This document shows positions 10,892-22,712 of a stretch of 64,000 bases of DNA, in pieces. The stretch is from Podarcis tiliguerta (lineage: Eukaryota). The notes beneath the pieces are model-generated. The model saw nothing but the letters and a program-made list of their open reading frames with translations. It was not told where the DNA came from and made no database searches. The translations under genes were made by a program, and so were the position numbers. The stretch's first letter is position 1. Each line of letters opens with the position of its first letter. The stretch is taken from the NCBI GenBank assembly GCA_965153285.1, contig OZ229115.1. One strand, written 5' to 3'.

Positions 10892-13800
10892 TCCTAGACT
10901 ATTACTTATTTTAGTCCCTCCTTCTGAACTCAAATCTGTACCATCTTTATCAGCTTCATTTTATACTCAACATAGTAAGCAAGATTTTATATTTTTGTTA
11001 TTTCATGCAACTATAAAACTAAAGATTAAAAAACCCATCCACCAGCAAGGATTTCTCATGTTCTATATTATTAGAAGTACTCCATTAACAGAGTTTGTCT
11101 TTTGCCCAGGACCATTTCCCCCTCTTCAAAGATCTTGAGATGCCTAAATTTTAAGACCATAGTCATATGCCAAGACTGGTCGTTGGTAAATCTAGCTCCA
11201 TTACTGGGATATGTTGGCATTAAATATCAACATTGTTTTGGCTAGGGAATCACTGGGTGAAAAGATATTGGGTGATGAGAATTGACCTTTGACCACTCAT
11301 TTAACCTTGTCTGAGGTCCCAGTTCTTGCATTAGGAGTGTAGCCCGGCTGCCATTGCTTTGTAATTGGATCCTTTGCTTCGCTGGCAAGATTCACAGGGC
11401 AGAACTGCATAGAATGGGGGGATAAAATGCTAAGTTAACATCAGTGCACTAGTGCCCAGCCGTTCCTGCAGCCATGCTATATCCATAATCTCTTAATTGG
11501 GCCTCTGACTTCAAGGGTTAATAGTTTTCTCTATGCTACTGGCACTCATGGAGCCTGGAGGCTTTACCAATATTTGTGTGGCATTTCCAAAGCTTCTGCA
11601 AGTGATTGTGATTCTAAGTGTTGGCCTGGATTGGGAAAAGCTGGCTTTATTGGGCTGTTATTTCTGCCAGTATGTGCTTTGGTGCCAGCACTCCCACCTC
11701 TGTTTTTGATTGACAAGGTTTGGAGATGGTGTGCAGTGTGACATACGCAAAGGTGAGCAGACATGGAAGCCCTGGGGAGCAATCGGGAGAGGATTTGTTA
11801 ACTGCCTGGATTAAGTCCTCTTTCTAAACAGCTTGTTCAGATTTTCTTCTGCAGTTCGTTGCAATGGAGAAGCAAGGGGTAGCTTTGTAACTAAGATCAA
11901 CGTGATGTTTTCTGCATAATAGTGAGGGAAACGATTTGCTTGAATATCATAAAAAACCACCCAGTTCTGGCTTAATGAAGATCTTACAAATTAACAGATT
12001 TGTTTGGAAGTGCCCTGATAATGTCCTGTATTCTTTCCTACTCCTGATAATTTCCTTAATTCGATAATAGTCTTTTAAAGCTTGCAGAGTAACCAAGTGC
12101 TGGCAATCAGGAGTTTAGAGAAATTTGAAGGGGGGAAAAGCAGTTATCACTACAAGTTCTATACAGATCTTTTGCTTCTACAATTAATTATCAGAAATTA
12201 ACAGCTGAATTTGGTTTTCAAAAGACCAAACCTGATCATTGTAGTCCTTAAATAATTGAACAAAAGCAATCTTCCCTTCCTCAATCTAGACCTCTTGGGA
12301 AGAGTGGGGTGTAGTAGTCACTTTGGAAAAGGGGCAGTTTTGTATGATTCAAATATATTGTGTACCAGTGAATTTGAAATGTGTGCACAAATTTCATATC
12401 TCCCCTCACTTTTTTTTGGAGAAATTAATTTATTCCTGTAGACTTTCATGCTGCCAGCTTAGAATAGAATGAAGGCTTTAAATTTGTGTTCTCTCTGAAT
12501 GTGGACTTCTTTTATATTTAACCTTAATATTCCCTCTGTGTTAATATACATTTTGTCAGGCAATTTTGGTGATACGTTTTCTTGCTACCCTATCCTTTGC
12601 TAAAGAGAACATTGGCAAAGAGTGTTTGGGTTCTGCTTTGGGGCTCTTGCCCTGAGTCTATGGGATGAGGCAAGAGGTCTGGACTCTAGACTGCTAAGTC
12701 TTTGATAATGAGGCAAAAACAGTAGGATAAAAGAAAGTTCTTAGCAGCCTCAGAGCCAGGGAGCGCACTGGGAGATGCTGTGGCGCAATTGTTTAGTTCA
12801 CAGCTGGACACCTTCCACCAAGAAAGGCTTCCAGCCGGCAGTTTTACTTGTTACCTGCTAACTAGGATCTTGTAGACAAATTGGTGGTCAGACCAATTAA
12901 AAAGAAATAGGGGGAGAGGGAGCTTTCATTCCCATTGATTCACACATCCACCCTCACTGGCTTTTAAATATTTACTAGCCAACTGAGCACTTTTTTAGCA
13001 CTGATTAATGAGGTACAATCTACTGTGGTGCTTGCTTTCTCGGAGCACGGGGCTGGGTGGGGGCTAGGATTGTACTACGCATTCAAGATAAACGAGTATT
13101 TTGGTCAAAGCTTGGCACGAGGGAGGGGGGCGGCTTAGGTATGTGTATATATTAAATGCATGTTCTCAATATTTGATTTGTTTCGCTGTGAAGCAGTTGT
13201 GTGCGCTGCCTGTTTACTCTTCACCAGAGGCCCTTGGCCATGCGCCTTCTCTCTGACATTAATGCAGAGCCAGACCTCATCAGCTGCTAACGGGGGAAAC
13301 ATCTGTCTTTCTTCGCTTGATCAATACTGTCCCTTCAGAGGCCGAGCCTTGAAAGCAGTTACATAAAATACCAGTAATATTTATTTGGATTTGATAAATT
13401 TAATTACTTGGAACAATTAATAATTTATCTCTTTAGTATTGACTGTGCTGCAAGGCATTTTGGTGAGATAAGCTGATGGTAATCAGCACCTTCTTATTAG
13501 CCGGAAATTGTATGTTGCCACGATGGGAAAAGACTTCCAATGGTTAGAAAGATGAAGTGTTCTTGTTGCTTTTACTGACACATTCATGTAGTAACAGCGT
13601 GCAGAGCTAGACTCCACTACACAAATGTGTGAGATAATAGCTTGGGACATGGAGCACGTGGCAAGATGGGCGGAAAGTGTGATTTGAATGTCATCTCTGT
13701 TTTACTAACAGATATTGAGCGCTGAAGCAATACAACTCAGAAGTATTCTTCTAACCCTTCATCAGTATGTCCAGTACTGCGGTGGTTCTCAGATCTTTTA

Positions 13801-14099
13801 CTTATGGGAGACTGGTTGTAAAAAATGTGGGGCTTGTGTAATACTGTCATGCCAGTGGATAGGATTTCCTCTCCTCCCCATCTGCTCCAAAGGGTCTCCC
13901 AGCTCTCTGGAGGGAATTTGGGGAGATTGCGGAAGGAGGAAAGGAAGGGTAAGCAGAAGTTTTTGTCGTGCCAGTGTGATCCCACAAATGGCTGTCACCC
14001 TTGATTAATTGAAAGATGAGATTTCATAAGCTAAAGCGCCTGATCACAAATGCACCAAATGGGCAATGAAGGTTTCTTATGAATGTGCAAGTGTGTGTA

Positions 14100-14550
14100 C
14101 AGCCCCTTCATTTGGGGCCAAATTTAAAGTGCTGGCTTTAGCGATTGAAGTCTTAAGTCCAGGTAATGTGAAAGACTGCCTGTACCTGCATCAGGCTGCC
14201 TGAGCTTTATGATAAGTTATGGACACTATATTTTCTAAACTGTAGATTAGAGGCTAATGGGTATCAAGAAAAGGGCCTTTTCAGTGGTGATCCCACAGTT
14301 ACAGAATATGACCCCCACCCCCTGCCCATGAAGTGACTTTTACTTGCTTTCAGAAAAGGATCCTTAAGATGTTCTTATTTTAATCATCTTTTTAAATTCT
14401 TTTTAAAAAAAATAGTTGTCTTTTACTGCTAGCTTTAAATGAATTACTTATATGATGGAATGCATATGTTCTATTACTGGTTTTATATGCTGCCTTGGGA
14501 GGACAATTGTCCTGCCAAGTGGAATGTAAATCTTTAAATAAACAAATACC
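14100..14550 (+). mobile_element. Old L2 LINE 3' end
   Basis: aagggccttttcagtggtgatcccacagt (RAFSVVAP-like), then an L2-type tail gctgccttggga...gtggaatgtaaatctttaaataaacaaata. Confidence 0.6.
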
Positions 14551-15189
14551 TGATACCTGAATTACTAGTTTTGCTAATAATATTTGCATATATTGGTTTA
14601 TTAATTCTGCCTATAGTGCACTTCTGAGATTTAGCTCTAGGCAGAAGGTTGGACATTGAAAGGCTTCTGGTCCTTTCAGAATATTGGGTTTGGGGCATGT
14701 ACCCACGTAGTAAGGTGTTAAGTTTTGTTAGAGCCCATTATTTGCCAGAATTACTTCTAGGCATGTTCCAGATTGCTTAACATGGCCTGGAAGTAATTTT
14801 TGCAGAGTAATCTTGGAAGAATTTGGTCCCCAATCAGAGTCAACCTTCCTGTGATTTGCGTATAGTAAAAGGCAGCTGTGAGTGAAAGAATTTCCTTAAA
14901 AGTGAGCTGTCATTACAAAAATAACCTAGAATCCACATAAAGGAAAGAACAGCTGAAAAGTGTAAATACTTTGCATAGCTGTGAACAATCAAATACTAAA
15001 GGAAGAACTCTACTCAACCTGCAGCTGTGACTGAAAAATGCCAAGAGGATGTTGGGTCACATAAAGGAAGGGAAACCCATATGGAAAATATCCTAATGCT
15101 CCTGGACAATTTGATGGTTCCCTCTTATCTGGGTAATGTCTGCATCGCTGCTCACTTTATCCTTCAAAGGAAATTACTCAGTCGGAGCT

Positions 15190-15330
15190 TGAGAAGGTGA
15201 TTTCACAACCTCCTTGGGCAGCCTGTTCCATCGCTGTAGTGATCTGACAGTTAGGAAAACCTTTCCTAATGGATGACTTAAATCTAAATGCTTTTAATTG
15301 AAATCCTTTGGTCTGTGTCTTATTCCTAAA
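15190..15330 (-). mobile_element. Old CR1 LINE 3'-region fragment
   Basis: acaacctccttgggcagcctgttcca...ctgacagttaggaaaacctttcctaat resembles the CR1 fragment at 22455-22712. Confidence 0.6.
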
Positions 15331-16217
15331 AGACATGGTGAAGAAAAGTTCTCTCCATCTTGGGAGTTGAGGGTGGAGGTGGAAACCCAGCAGGAATGCC
15401 TTTCTGTGCAACCCTCACTGAAATGAGTTGAAGTTGCACAGCAATACAGTATTTGTGTGTAATGCCCATTGATTCCAGAGCCACTGGCTCAGAACCCAAA
15501 GTGGATCATGCTCTGCATGTGAATCTTTAGATATAGTTACAGGAAATCTAGGACAGCATAAAAATGGCTGATGGTATGCATTTAGTAGATTATTGTTTCA
15601 CAATAAACCTTCAAGAGTGGCAGACAAAAATCTGCCCTTTGATCAGATTTAAATACAACAGAGGATGAGCTCACTTCTCTAGGGTGACCATAGCGTGGAA
15701 TTTAAAGCCAGTTTGGACATTTCTGTGAGTGAAAAAGAAAGCAATTCAGGGCTTGAGCAATTAACAGGAAATAAAAAAACTCTAGTTCCAGGGATGTTTC
15801 TAGTGCCTGATTGGAAGCTGTAGAAAAAAGAAGACAGATTTTTCTGATACTTGTTGCTGCAAGAGTCTGGCACTTTTGTTTGAATGCTTTGCAATTGGAC
15901 CATGGACTTCAGTTGAGCCCAGATGTGGTGGCACTCTCCTTGCAGAATTTTATGAGACCTAAATGTATCTCAATCAGTGTTCTGAGCAGGCTTAAGGGAA
16001 ATGGTAATGGTTTAAATAATACGCTCATAATAGCCCTTACACACATGCTTACACACATTCTTACAGTGTCTGGTAGGATCCTTGATCATTGTGGCATAGA
16101 ATGTAAGCACAAGTTCTTCAGTAACAAAACCCATGAAGAAATGTAGTAGCTGTGCAGGACAAGTCGGAGCCTTCTTTGTGGTGGCACCCTATTTGTGGAG
16201 TTTTCACTTATTAACAG

Positions 16218-16568
16218 CAGAGGTGGCAAACCTTCATAAAGACAAAGAGCTGCATTCCCGTCTGTGAAAGCTTCTTGAGGGCCACATGCCAGTGGCAAAT
16301 GAGGCTGCAGGCAAATGTGGGCCAAGCAGCAAATGTAAACGTTGTCTTTATACCATAAACTAGTTTCTACACACACTGACGCACCCACCCTGCTATTCTC
16401 TGTCAAGACAAGCTAGAGGCATTCTCAGAGTTCAAGGACACATTCCAGCCAGGCAAAGGGTATGAAGCAGGGCCTGTAATGGGTGTTGCCTGGGGAGAGT
16501 CCTGAGGTTTGGCCAGAGAAGCCTAGAGGGTTTCATTGGGCCTCAGGCCTGAGGTTCCCCACCCACAG
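16218..16568. mobile_element. Degenerate hAT-type non-autonomous element
   Basis: Left cagaggtggcaaacctt and right gaggttccccacccacag are imperfect hAT-like termini. Confidence 0.45.
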
Positions 16569-19318
16569 CTATGTTAGGCACCTACACTGTGACCACGTGA
16601 ACAGCAAGTGAGGTGTACCTGTTTACTCAAACTTTTTAGGTTTTAAACAACCGACTGATTTAGCTCTCTTCTCCTTTTTAGTTGTCTTTGTTGGTGTAAG
16701 AACATATTTTTTTTGTTTTACTGCTTTTTAAAAATAAAAGAGGGCTTGGAAGTGTGCCAGGCGTGAATATTCTTGCCTGTATTGGTTCATTGTCTTACTC
16801 CGGCAACCAGGAGGTTGTTTACTATCTGCTCCCTGCCAGTCTCATTGGTGGTTCAGGGAGAAAGTCCCACCTACTTGCCCCTCTGCAAACTTGCTCTCTT
16901 CTTCCAGTCACGTGGCCTTGATTCATATATTGGTGTGTTGCCCTTTTATTTATTTTTCTCTTTCTGCACAGTTCATGCATTTACTGGTTGTTTATAGCGA
17001 GGACAAAGGCTCAGAGTCCCTAAATCAAAAGTGATGCTGGCATAATTATAAGCACAAGCTGGCGTTGCAAAGAGGGCTGCAGGGAGAGGTTGTCAGAAGA
17101 CGGGAGAATCCAAGATATATTAACCTCAAAAATTCCAGCTAATCACTTCTTCAATGTGAGCAATCCATTTTTTGAGATATGATTATTTGGGGACTTTAGT
17201 AATAATAAATAATTCTAATAGATTACAAAGAGGGAGGGCCTGACACTACATGCTTTTCAAGAATCCTTCCATTGCACTTGCTTAACAACGAACTTTCTCT
17301 GGTGTTGCAGTGGGGTGCTAAGGGAAGCACTTTATTGCCTAGTGGAAAATAGCAGGTTGTGATTGGCCACCTTTAATCTAATGTGGCTCCCGAAGGCTTT
17401 CAATCTGCCATAAATCCCAGCATGTAGTGTTGCCATGTTGAGCTGAGATGTGTTGCCAGATACAGAATGGTTGTTTCAGATATGTAGCCTGAAGATTCCA
17501 TCTAGGTGGCTAATGGCCACCAGCATTTTTCGGAAGCATCTTTGTCAAACTGATTCATCCCTGGGGCCTCATCCCAATGTTTTGTTTCCAGCACTATCCA
17601 GTCAAAGAGCAATGCTAAACAGCTGGATTATTGCATTAATCTGCCCCCATTAAAGATCCATGCAAGATTTGTCTGGGAAGGAAATGGAGAAGTGTGCGTA
17701 GGAACAAAACTGCACATGCTACTAATATCAACTTCATACTTGGTTTTACATCAGCCTTCAGTACATGTACCAACATGTGACTATTGACATCCCCAGTTTT
17801 GCTCATAAATTGATACAAGCATCCTTTTGAAGCAGAAAGGGTTAATTGACAGAGTTGGGAACGAAGCTGTATCTCTTCTTATCCAGTGTAGCGGGATCTC
17901 TGCTGAAGGGCTGGTGCGGAATGTGGACTCTTAATGCAGGGAAACGTCCTTCCTGCACATTATTAGGGCAATAACTTGGGACTCCTGGATTAGAGGAACT
18001 TTAGTGAGCTCTGTCAGAAAGGCACTTCTATTACAGGCGTTGGGTTACCCAGATCTCTTTGTGGGCAAATAGTGCTGAATCTCACTCCTGAACCTAGATA
18101 GGTCTCTGAAGGAAGCAGAAAAGAGCATAGAACATCAACAGTTTTAGTCACAGGTCCTGCTTGAGGGAAACGCCACACATAGCCAGGGGAATAGGTCCTC
18201 ATGGTAGCCAAAACCAGCACCGTTTATCAGAGTCCTGCATTTTGTAGCCTTAGAGTTCTGTCAAACTTGATTGCACCAAAAATCTTGCAAGATTTGAGAA
18301 TGCCTGCTCTTCTTAGCTGCCTGTGCTTTTGGCTGCCGAGGTGAGTGGAGCATTGGGCCTTCCCGCTGCCGTTGAGACAGCCAGGCTAACGGAGCCTACC
18401 TAACAGATTATCAGCGCCCTGTGAGTAATAGACTCCTCATTTAGTTTTAATACATTTTGCATAGAGAGCAATCAACCTTCATCAGTCTTAAAGATGAATT
18501 GGCTTAGCCAGCTAAATTTTAAAGATATTAGTTCGACAGCAGCCGCATAAATCATAACGTTTTCTTAATGACGGTAAAATTAAAATATACTCTTGCTTGA
18601 AGAAGCCAATGGAGCTTTCATGTTCACAGGCCAAATCCTCCCCCAAAATTAAAGGAAAGCTTAATTGATGTTCTCTAAAGCCGAGTAAACTCAAAACAGT
18701 CCCGCTTCTCCTGAGTTGGCCTCGTATTTCTTCTGCGGTCTATTGGTAGATCTAAATCCATCCAGACTGCTTCTGTCCCTTCCTATTCTTGAAGCTGCCA
18801 ATATATCAGGCCAAAACATAGCAAGGCAATAATCCTGGCTGTTTAAAGACTCTGGGTCCAGCTGTCAGCCCTTCCTCGCGTGTCATTGATGGAGCTCTGA
18901 TTGACACATGAAGGAGATCCTCCTTATTTCCTTCTGCTAGTATATAGAAGACAGCATAACTGGAGCTGCGATTAGCAGGGAGGAGTGAGCTAGAAACCTA
19001 ACAAAGCTCTTTCAGATAGGAAAGGTGCTTATTCTGAATGGAAAGCATCACATGGCTTCCCCCCAGATCTCAGCCATACAAGTGTTGTTCTACTGGCTAG
19101 AAAACCTATATAGTGAGGTGGTAGATTTTCTAAGGATACATGAAGAGCCTCAAAACAGGATGTGATGAAATAGTGTTGCCTTGTGAGGAGATGCTGTTCT
19201 CTTAAGCAGGGTACCATGTGTTAAGAATCTAATCTTCCATGTTTTATTGTTGACCCTTGTTGGCATCTTCAGAATCCCATTAGACATCTCATTCTGGCTA
19301 CTTCCACATACTCTAAGG

Positions 19319-19454
19319 CAGGGTTTCTCAAACTTGGATCTCCAGCTGTTGTTGGACTACAACTCCCATCATCCCTAGCTAGCAGGACCAGTGGTCAGGG
19401 GTGATGGGAATTGTAGTCCAAAAGCAGCTTGAGGCCCAAGTTTAGGAAACCCTG
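19319..19454. mobile_element. Palindromic hAT MITE (136 bp) with perfect 8-bp TSD
   Basis: TIRs cagggtttc...gaaaccctg; TSD ctctaagg at 19311-19318 and 19455-19462; about 58-bp arms around a 20-nt loop. Confidence 0.92.
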
Positions 19455-21001
19455 CTCTAAGGGAACCTCTGCCTGCCCTTTGTGGATTTGGGAATTCTTC
19501 ACAATCCCCATTTCTGGCCTGAAGTTCTGAGAACCTACTGCAAAGGGATGGGCACTATGGGGGGTAGTAATGACTAAGAGAAGGCAAAAATTATTGTTGC
19601 CTCATGAGAATTCTGCTAGTGCCTACCTGAAACCAGGCCTCTGATTGGCTTACCTTGGCAGCCAGTAGAAATCTGTTTCCCTCTCACCACTGCAGTTGAT
19701 CCCTTCACTTGTAGGTGAGGCTGATTTATGTGAGTATCTGTGCTGCATCTTTCCTGATTTTAGGCTGATTGTTTTTCACAAGATGGTTGTAACCATGCTG
19801 TGATTGTCCATGAGGTTGGCAGCCTTGGTGGTGTGTCCCAGCAGTATTTGTCAATGCAGAGAGACGCTTTACATGATATAATCCTCCTGCGAGTTGGTAA
19901 TGCGAATCTGCTCTAAATTATTTAACTGGTCAGAGGCTGGAAGCAACTGGGAAGTTTTTTCCAGTTTCCTGCTCCCAGTATCTTCATGACTTGGAAGTGG
20001 CCCTTTGAGAGAGGCTGATATCTGTATTTCCTATTGAAAAATCAAGGAGCACCGACCTGATACTGGAAACTGAGCAGTGGTGCTTGTGTAAGAAAAGGGC
20101 AAAGGGCAGAAATGGAAAGAGGCAGGTCTCCAAAGTCGATGCCCTTCCAGGTAGTCCTTGTTATACTTGGGTTTTTGGAAGCCCAAAGGGTGTGTTTGAA
20201 GGCCATTAGCTTGGCTAGTTTTCCCTGCATGCTCAAGTCCCCTTTTCCCACTTGAAATTGTGCTTGAGTTCTTTGTACTTTTCTTTAGCTGAGTTGCTCC
20301 TGCCTGTAGGGTTGTAGTGAGGGTGGTTTGGGGGTTTTTTTGAGCTAAGCGTGATCTCATGCCCAGCTTGGGTTCCCTGCCCCTGCCTAATACTTCCCTG
20401 CTCCCCATACCCCCCTCAGCTCCACTGTGAATGTGTGTTCACACTTCTGCCAATTGAGTTAGTGTGTGTGCTCTTTGTGCCTCTTTGCGTCTTTTGTTAG
20501 AAAACTGGCTCTGTAAATGAATCCCACGGCTCTGGGCTCGGCAGGTAAAGGGAGAAGGAAGTCTGTTAGTGCACGAGTCTAATCAGGCTGGCAAGAGCAA
20601 GTAAAGTAGGGCAGCATCGCACATTAGCTGCTGTGTAATTGAGCTCTTTGATGGGCAGGGCACTGCGGGAGAGGGTTCGAAGCGGAGCAGAACTTTTGTT
20701 GTTAATTCAGTTGCACATGGAAGCTGTAAAGCTGTGCATCTCCGCATCTTGGCACCGGGAGGAACTGAAAAGCCCTTGCGACCGGGCTTTTCAGTCCCTG
20801 CCCTTGGCCCTCGTCTGCAAACTTTCAGGCCTTCTTTCTGCCTCCCTCTCCCAGCACTTGATTTCCCTTTTCTCTCTTTCTTTCTTTGGCTCGCTTTTCC
20901 CCCCATGCACTATAAAAAGCAAAGCTCCCTTGCCGTTTGAACTAGGCGGCTGTGAGTGAGGGCTAGCTCAGAGCTGTGTGGCTGTTACCTTTGTATTCCA
21001 G

Positions 21002-21074
21002 ATGAAACTGCCGAGCTCCGTGGGACAGAAGAAGATTAAAGCCTTGGAGCAGATGCTGATGGAACTCGGAGTAG
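21002..21074 (+). CDS. DMAP1: DMAP1 internal coding exon
   Basis: 73 nt, acceptor ttacctttgtattccag, donor TAG|gtgagt; MKLPSSVGQKKIKALEQMLMELGV plus 1 nt (phase 0/1). Confidence 0.96.
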
Positions 21075-21716
21075 GTGAGTAAAGAGGGCAGGTAGAGAGA
21101 GAGAGAGACCCATGGAGCAAAGCCTTTGTAGTCGAGAGGGGCTATTTTTTCCCCCAAGTAATACAGCCAGTTCCTTGAATAACACTATGTGAATGGGTTT
21201 GAAAATAAGATCTTATGTGTTTTGTTAAAAAAAAAGAAGCAGCAGCAGAGGGGTAAAAGCCAGAAGATGATGCACAAGAATATCCCCCCTCAAAAAATTC
21301 CTCCCAGTCGAAAAGTATTTGAACAGAGTCTTTTGTCTCTTTCTCTCTTGTTTGGGTTCTTTAAGCCATCGAGAGTGACAGCCCAGTATTAAGGAGGCAA
21401 ATCTCTTCGTGCAGGGAGAGGTACTGTGAAAGGGGTTAGTGGCCATTGTCTGTGAGACTCTGCCTGGCTTTTGTGCTTCCTTGTTGCTCCTCTTCTGGAT
21501 GGGTCCCACGCGACCTGTGTGGGGATAAGCCTGGCCTGCACTTTTTGGCTAAGGGGCAAAATACAACCCCCCTCTAGCCTCTCCTGGGTAGGGGAGGCAG
21601 TGGACTCCCTGGATTCAGCGAGTACAGTAATGCTTGGCTTCAGTGGCTTGCTCAGGTTGTGTACTAACGGGGTTGCACAACTGATGCCTTCCCTTGAAAA
21701 GGAGCTTCTTCTAGAC

Positions 21717-21847
21717 CATCCCAACCTTGGGTCTCCAGCTGATTTGGAACTACAACGCCCATCATCCCTAGCTAGCAAGACCAGTGGTCAGGGACGATGG
21801 GAACTGTAGTCCAAAAACAGCTGGAGACCCAAGGTTGCAAAATACTG
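21717..21847. mobile_element. Palindromic hAT MITE, same core as 19319-19454, left TIR eroded
   Basis: Core actacaacgcccatcatccctagctagcaagaccagtggtcagggacgatgggaactgtagt; flanks ttctagac (21709-21716) and atctagac (21848-21855). Confidence 0.88.
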
Positions 21848-22091
21848 ATCTAGACTGTCCTCACATCCCTGGCTTGGCACAGCAGTGAAGGCTTGGCTGG
21901 CAGTGAGTCTGATGCAGGCAAAACTTCCCAGCTGTGCTACATCTGGGGCAATAAAGGGCTTCGACTTTTTAATGCTTTCTGCTTTAGCCAGTATGGACTG
22001 AATGAAGACCTACAGAGGAGCATTGGAGCAGTCTGCAGCTGGCAAGGGACAGAGTTCCCTTGCTTAACTTTCTTCCTTTCGCCTCCTCCAG

Positions 22092-22375
22092 ACCTGAGTC
22101 CAATGCCGACAGAGGAGATTGTCCAGATGTTCAACGAGTTGCGCAGTGATCTGGTGCTGCTATATGAGCTCAAGCAAGCATTCGCAAACTGTGAATATGA
22201 GCTGCAGATGTTGCGGCATCGCTATGAGGCATTGGCCAAAGCCGGTAGCACAGGGCCCAGCACAGATGGTGGCTCACATGCTGATGGACAGTCAGGCTTG
22301 TGCACTGAAGAGAGCAAGGGTGACGCAAAGGAGCAGATCATTGATGTGGTGGGGGCTCCCCTCACACCCAATTCG
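22092..22375 (+). CDS. DMAP1: DMAP1 penultimate coding exon
   Basis: 284 nt, acceptor ttcttcctttcgcctcctccag, donor TCG|gtgagt; (D)LSPMPTEEIVQMFNELRSDLVLLYELKQAFANCEYELQMLRHRYEALAKAG...IIDVVGAPLTPNS. Confidence 0.97.
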
Positions 22376-22454
22376 GTGAGTAGATATTGATGTTGGCATG
22401 CCCTTGCACCCCTTGAGGCCTGCTTGAAACACTATCACTGCAAAGGTCACTCGG

Positions 22455-22712
22455 GAATCATAGAATTGTAGAGTTGGAAGGGACCCCAAGGGCCATCTAG
22501 TCCAACCCCCTGCAATGAAGGACTCTGAAGCAGATGGCCATCCAATCTCTGCTTTAAAACCTCAGAGAGTCCATCACATCTTGTGGGGGTCTGTTCCACG
22601 GTCGAACAGCTCTTACTGTCAGAAAGTTCTTCCTGATGCTTTCTTGTAACTTGAAGCCATTGGTTTAAGTGCTACCCTTCAGAGCAGGAGAAAACAAGCT
22701 TGCTCCATCTCC
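22455..22712 (-). mobile_element. CR1 LINE 3' end
   Basis: gaatcatagaattgtagagttggaagggacc is the reverse complement of the CR1 (ATTCTRTG)n tail; followed by ctgttccacggtcgaacagctcttactgtcagaaagttcttcctgatg. Confidence 0.88.

Noticed and set aside
19691-19735. Alternative micro-exons 19696-19714 (19 nt) or 19715-19729 (15 nt)
   Set aside because: Splice-like motifs exist but are mutually exclusive and weaker; they mainly show how easily pseudo-exons arise by chance.
21893-22091. N-terminal extension of the 165-aa ORF upstream of the DMAP1 exon
   Set aside because: An open intronic frame; the real exon begins after the polypyrimidine tract and AG ending at 22091.
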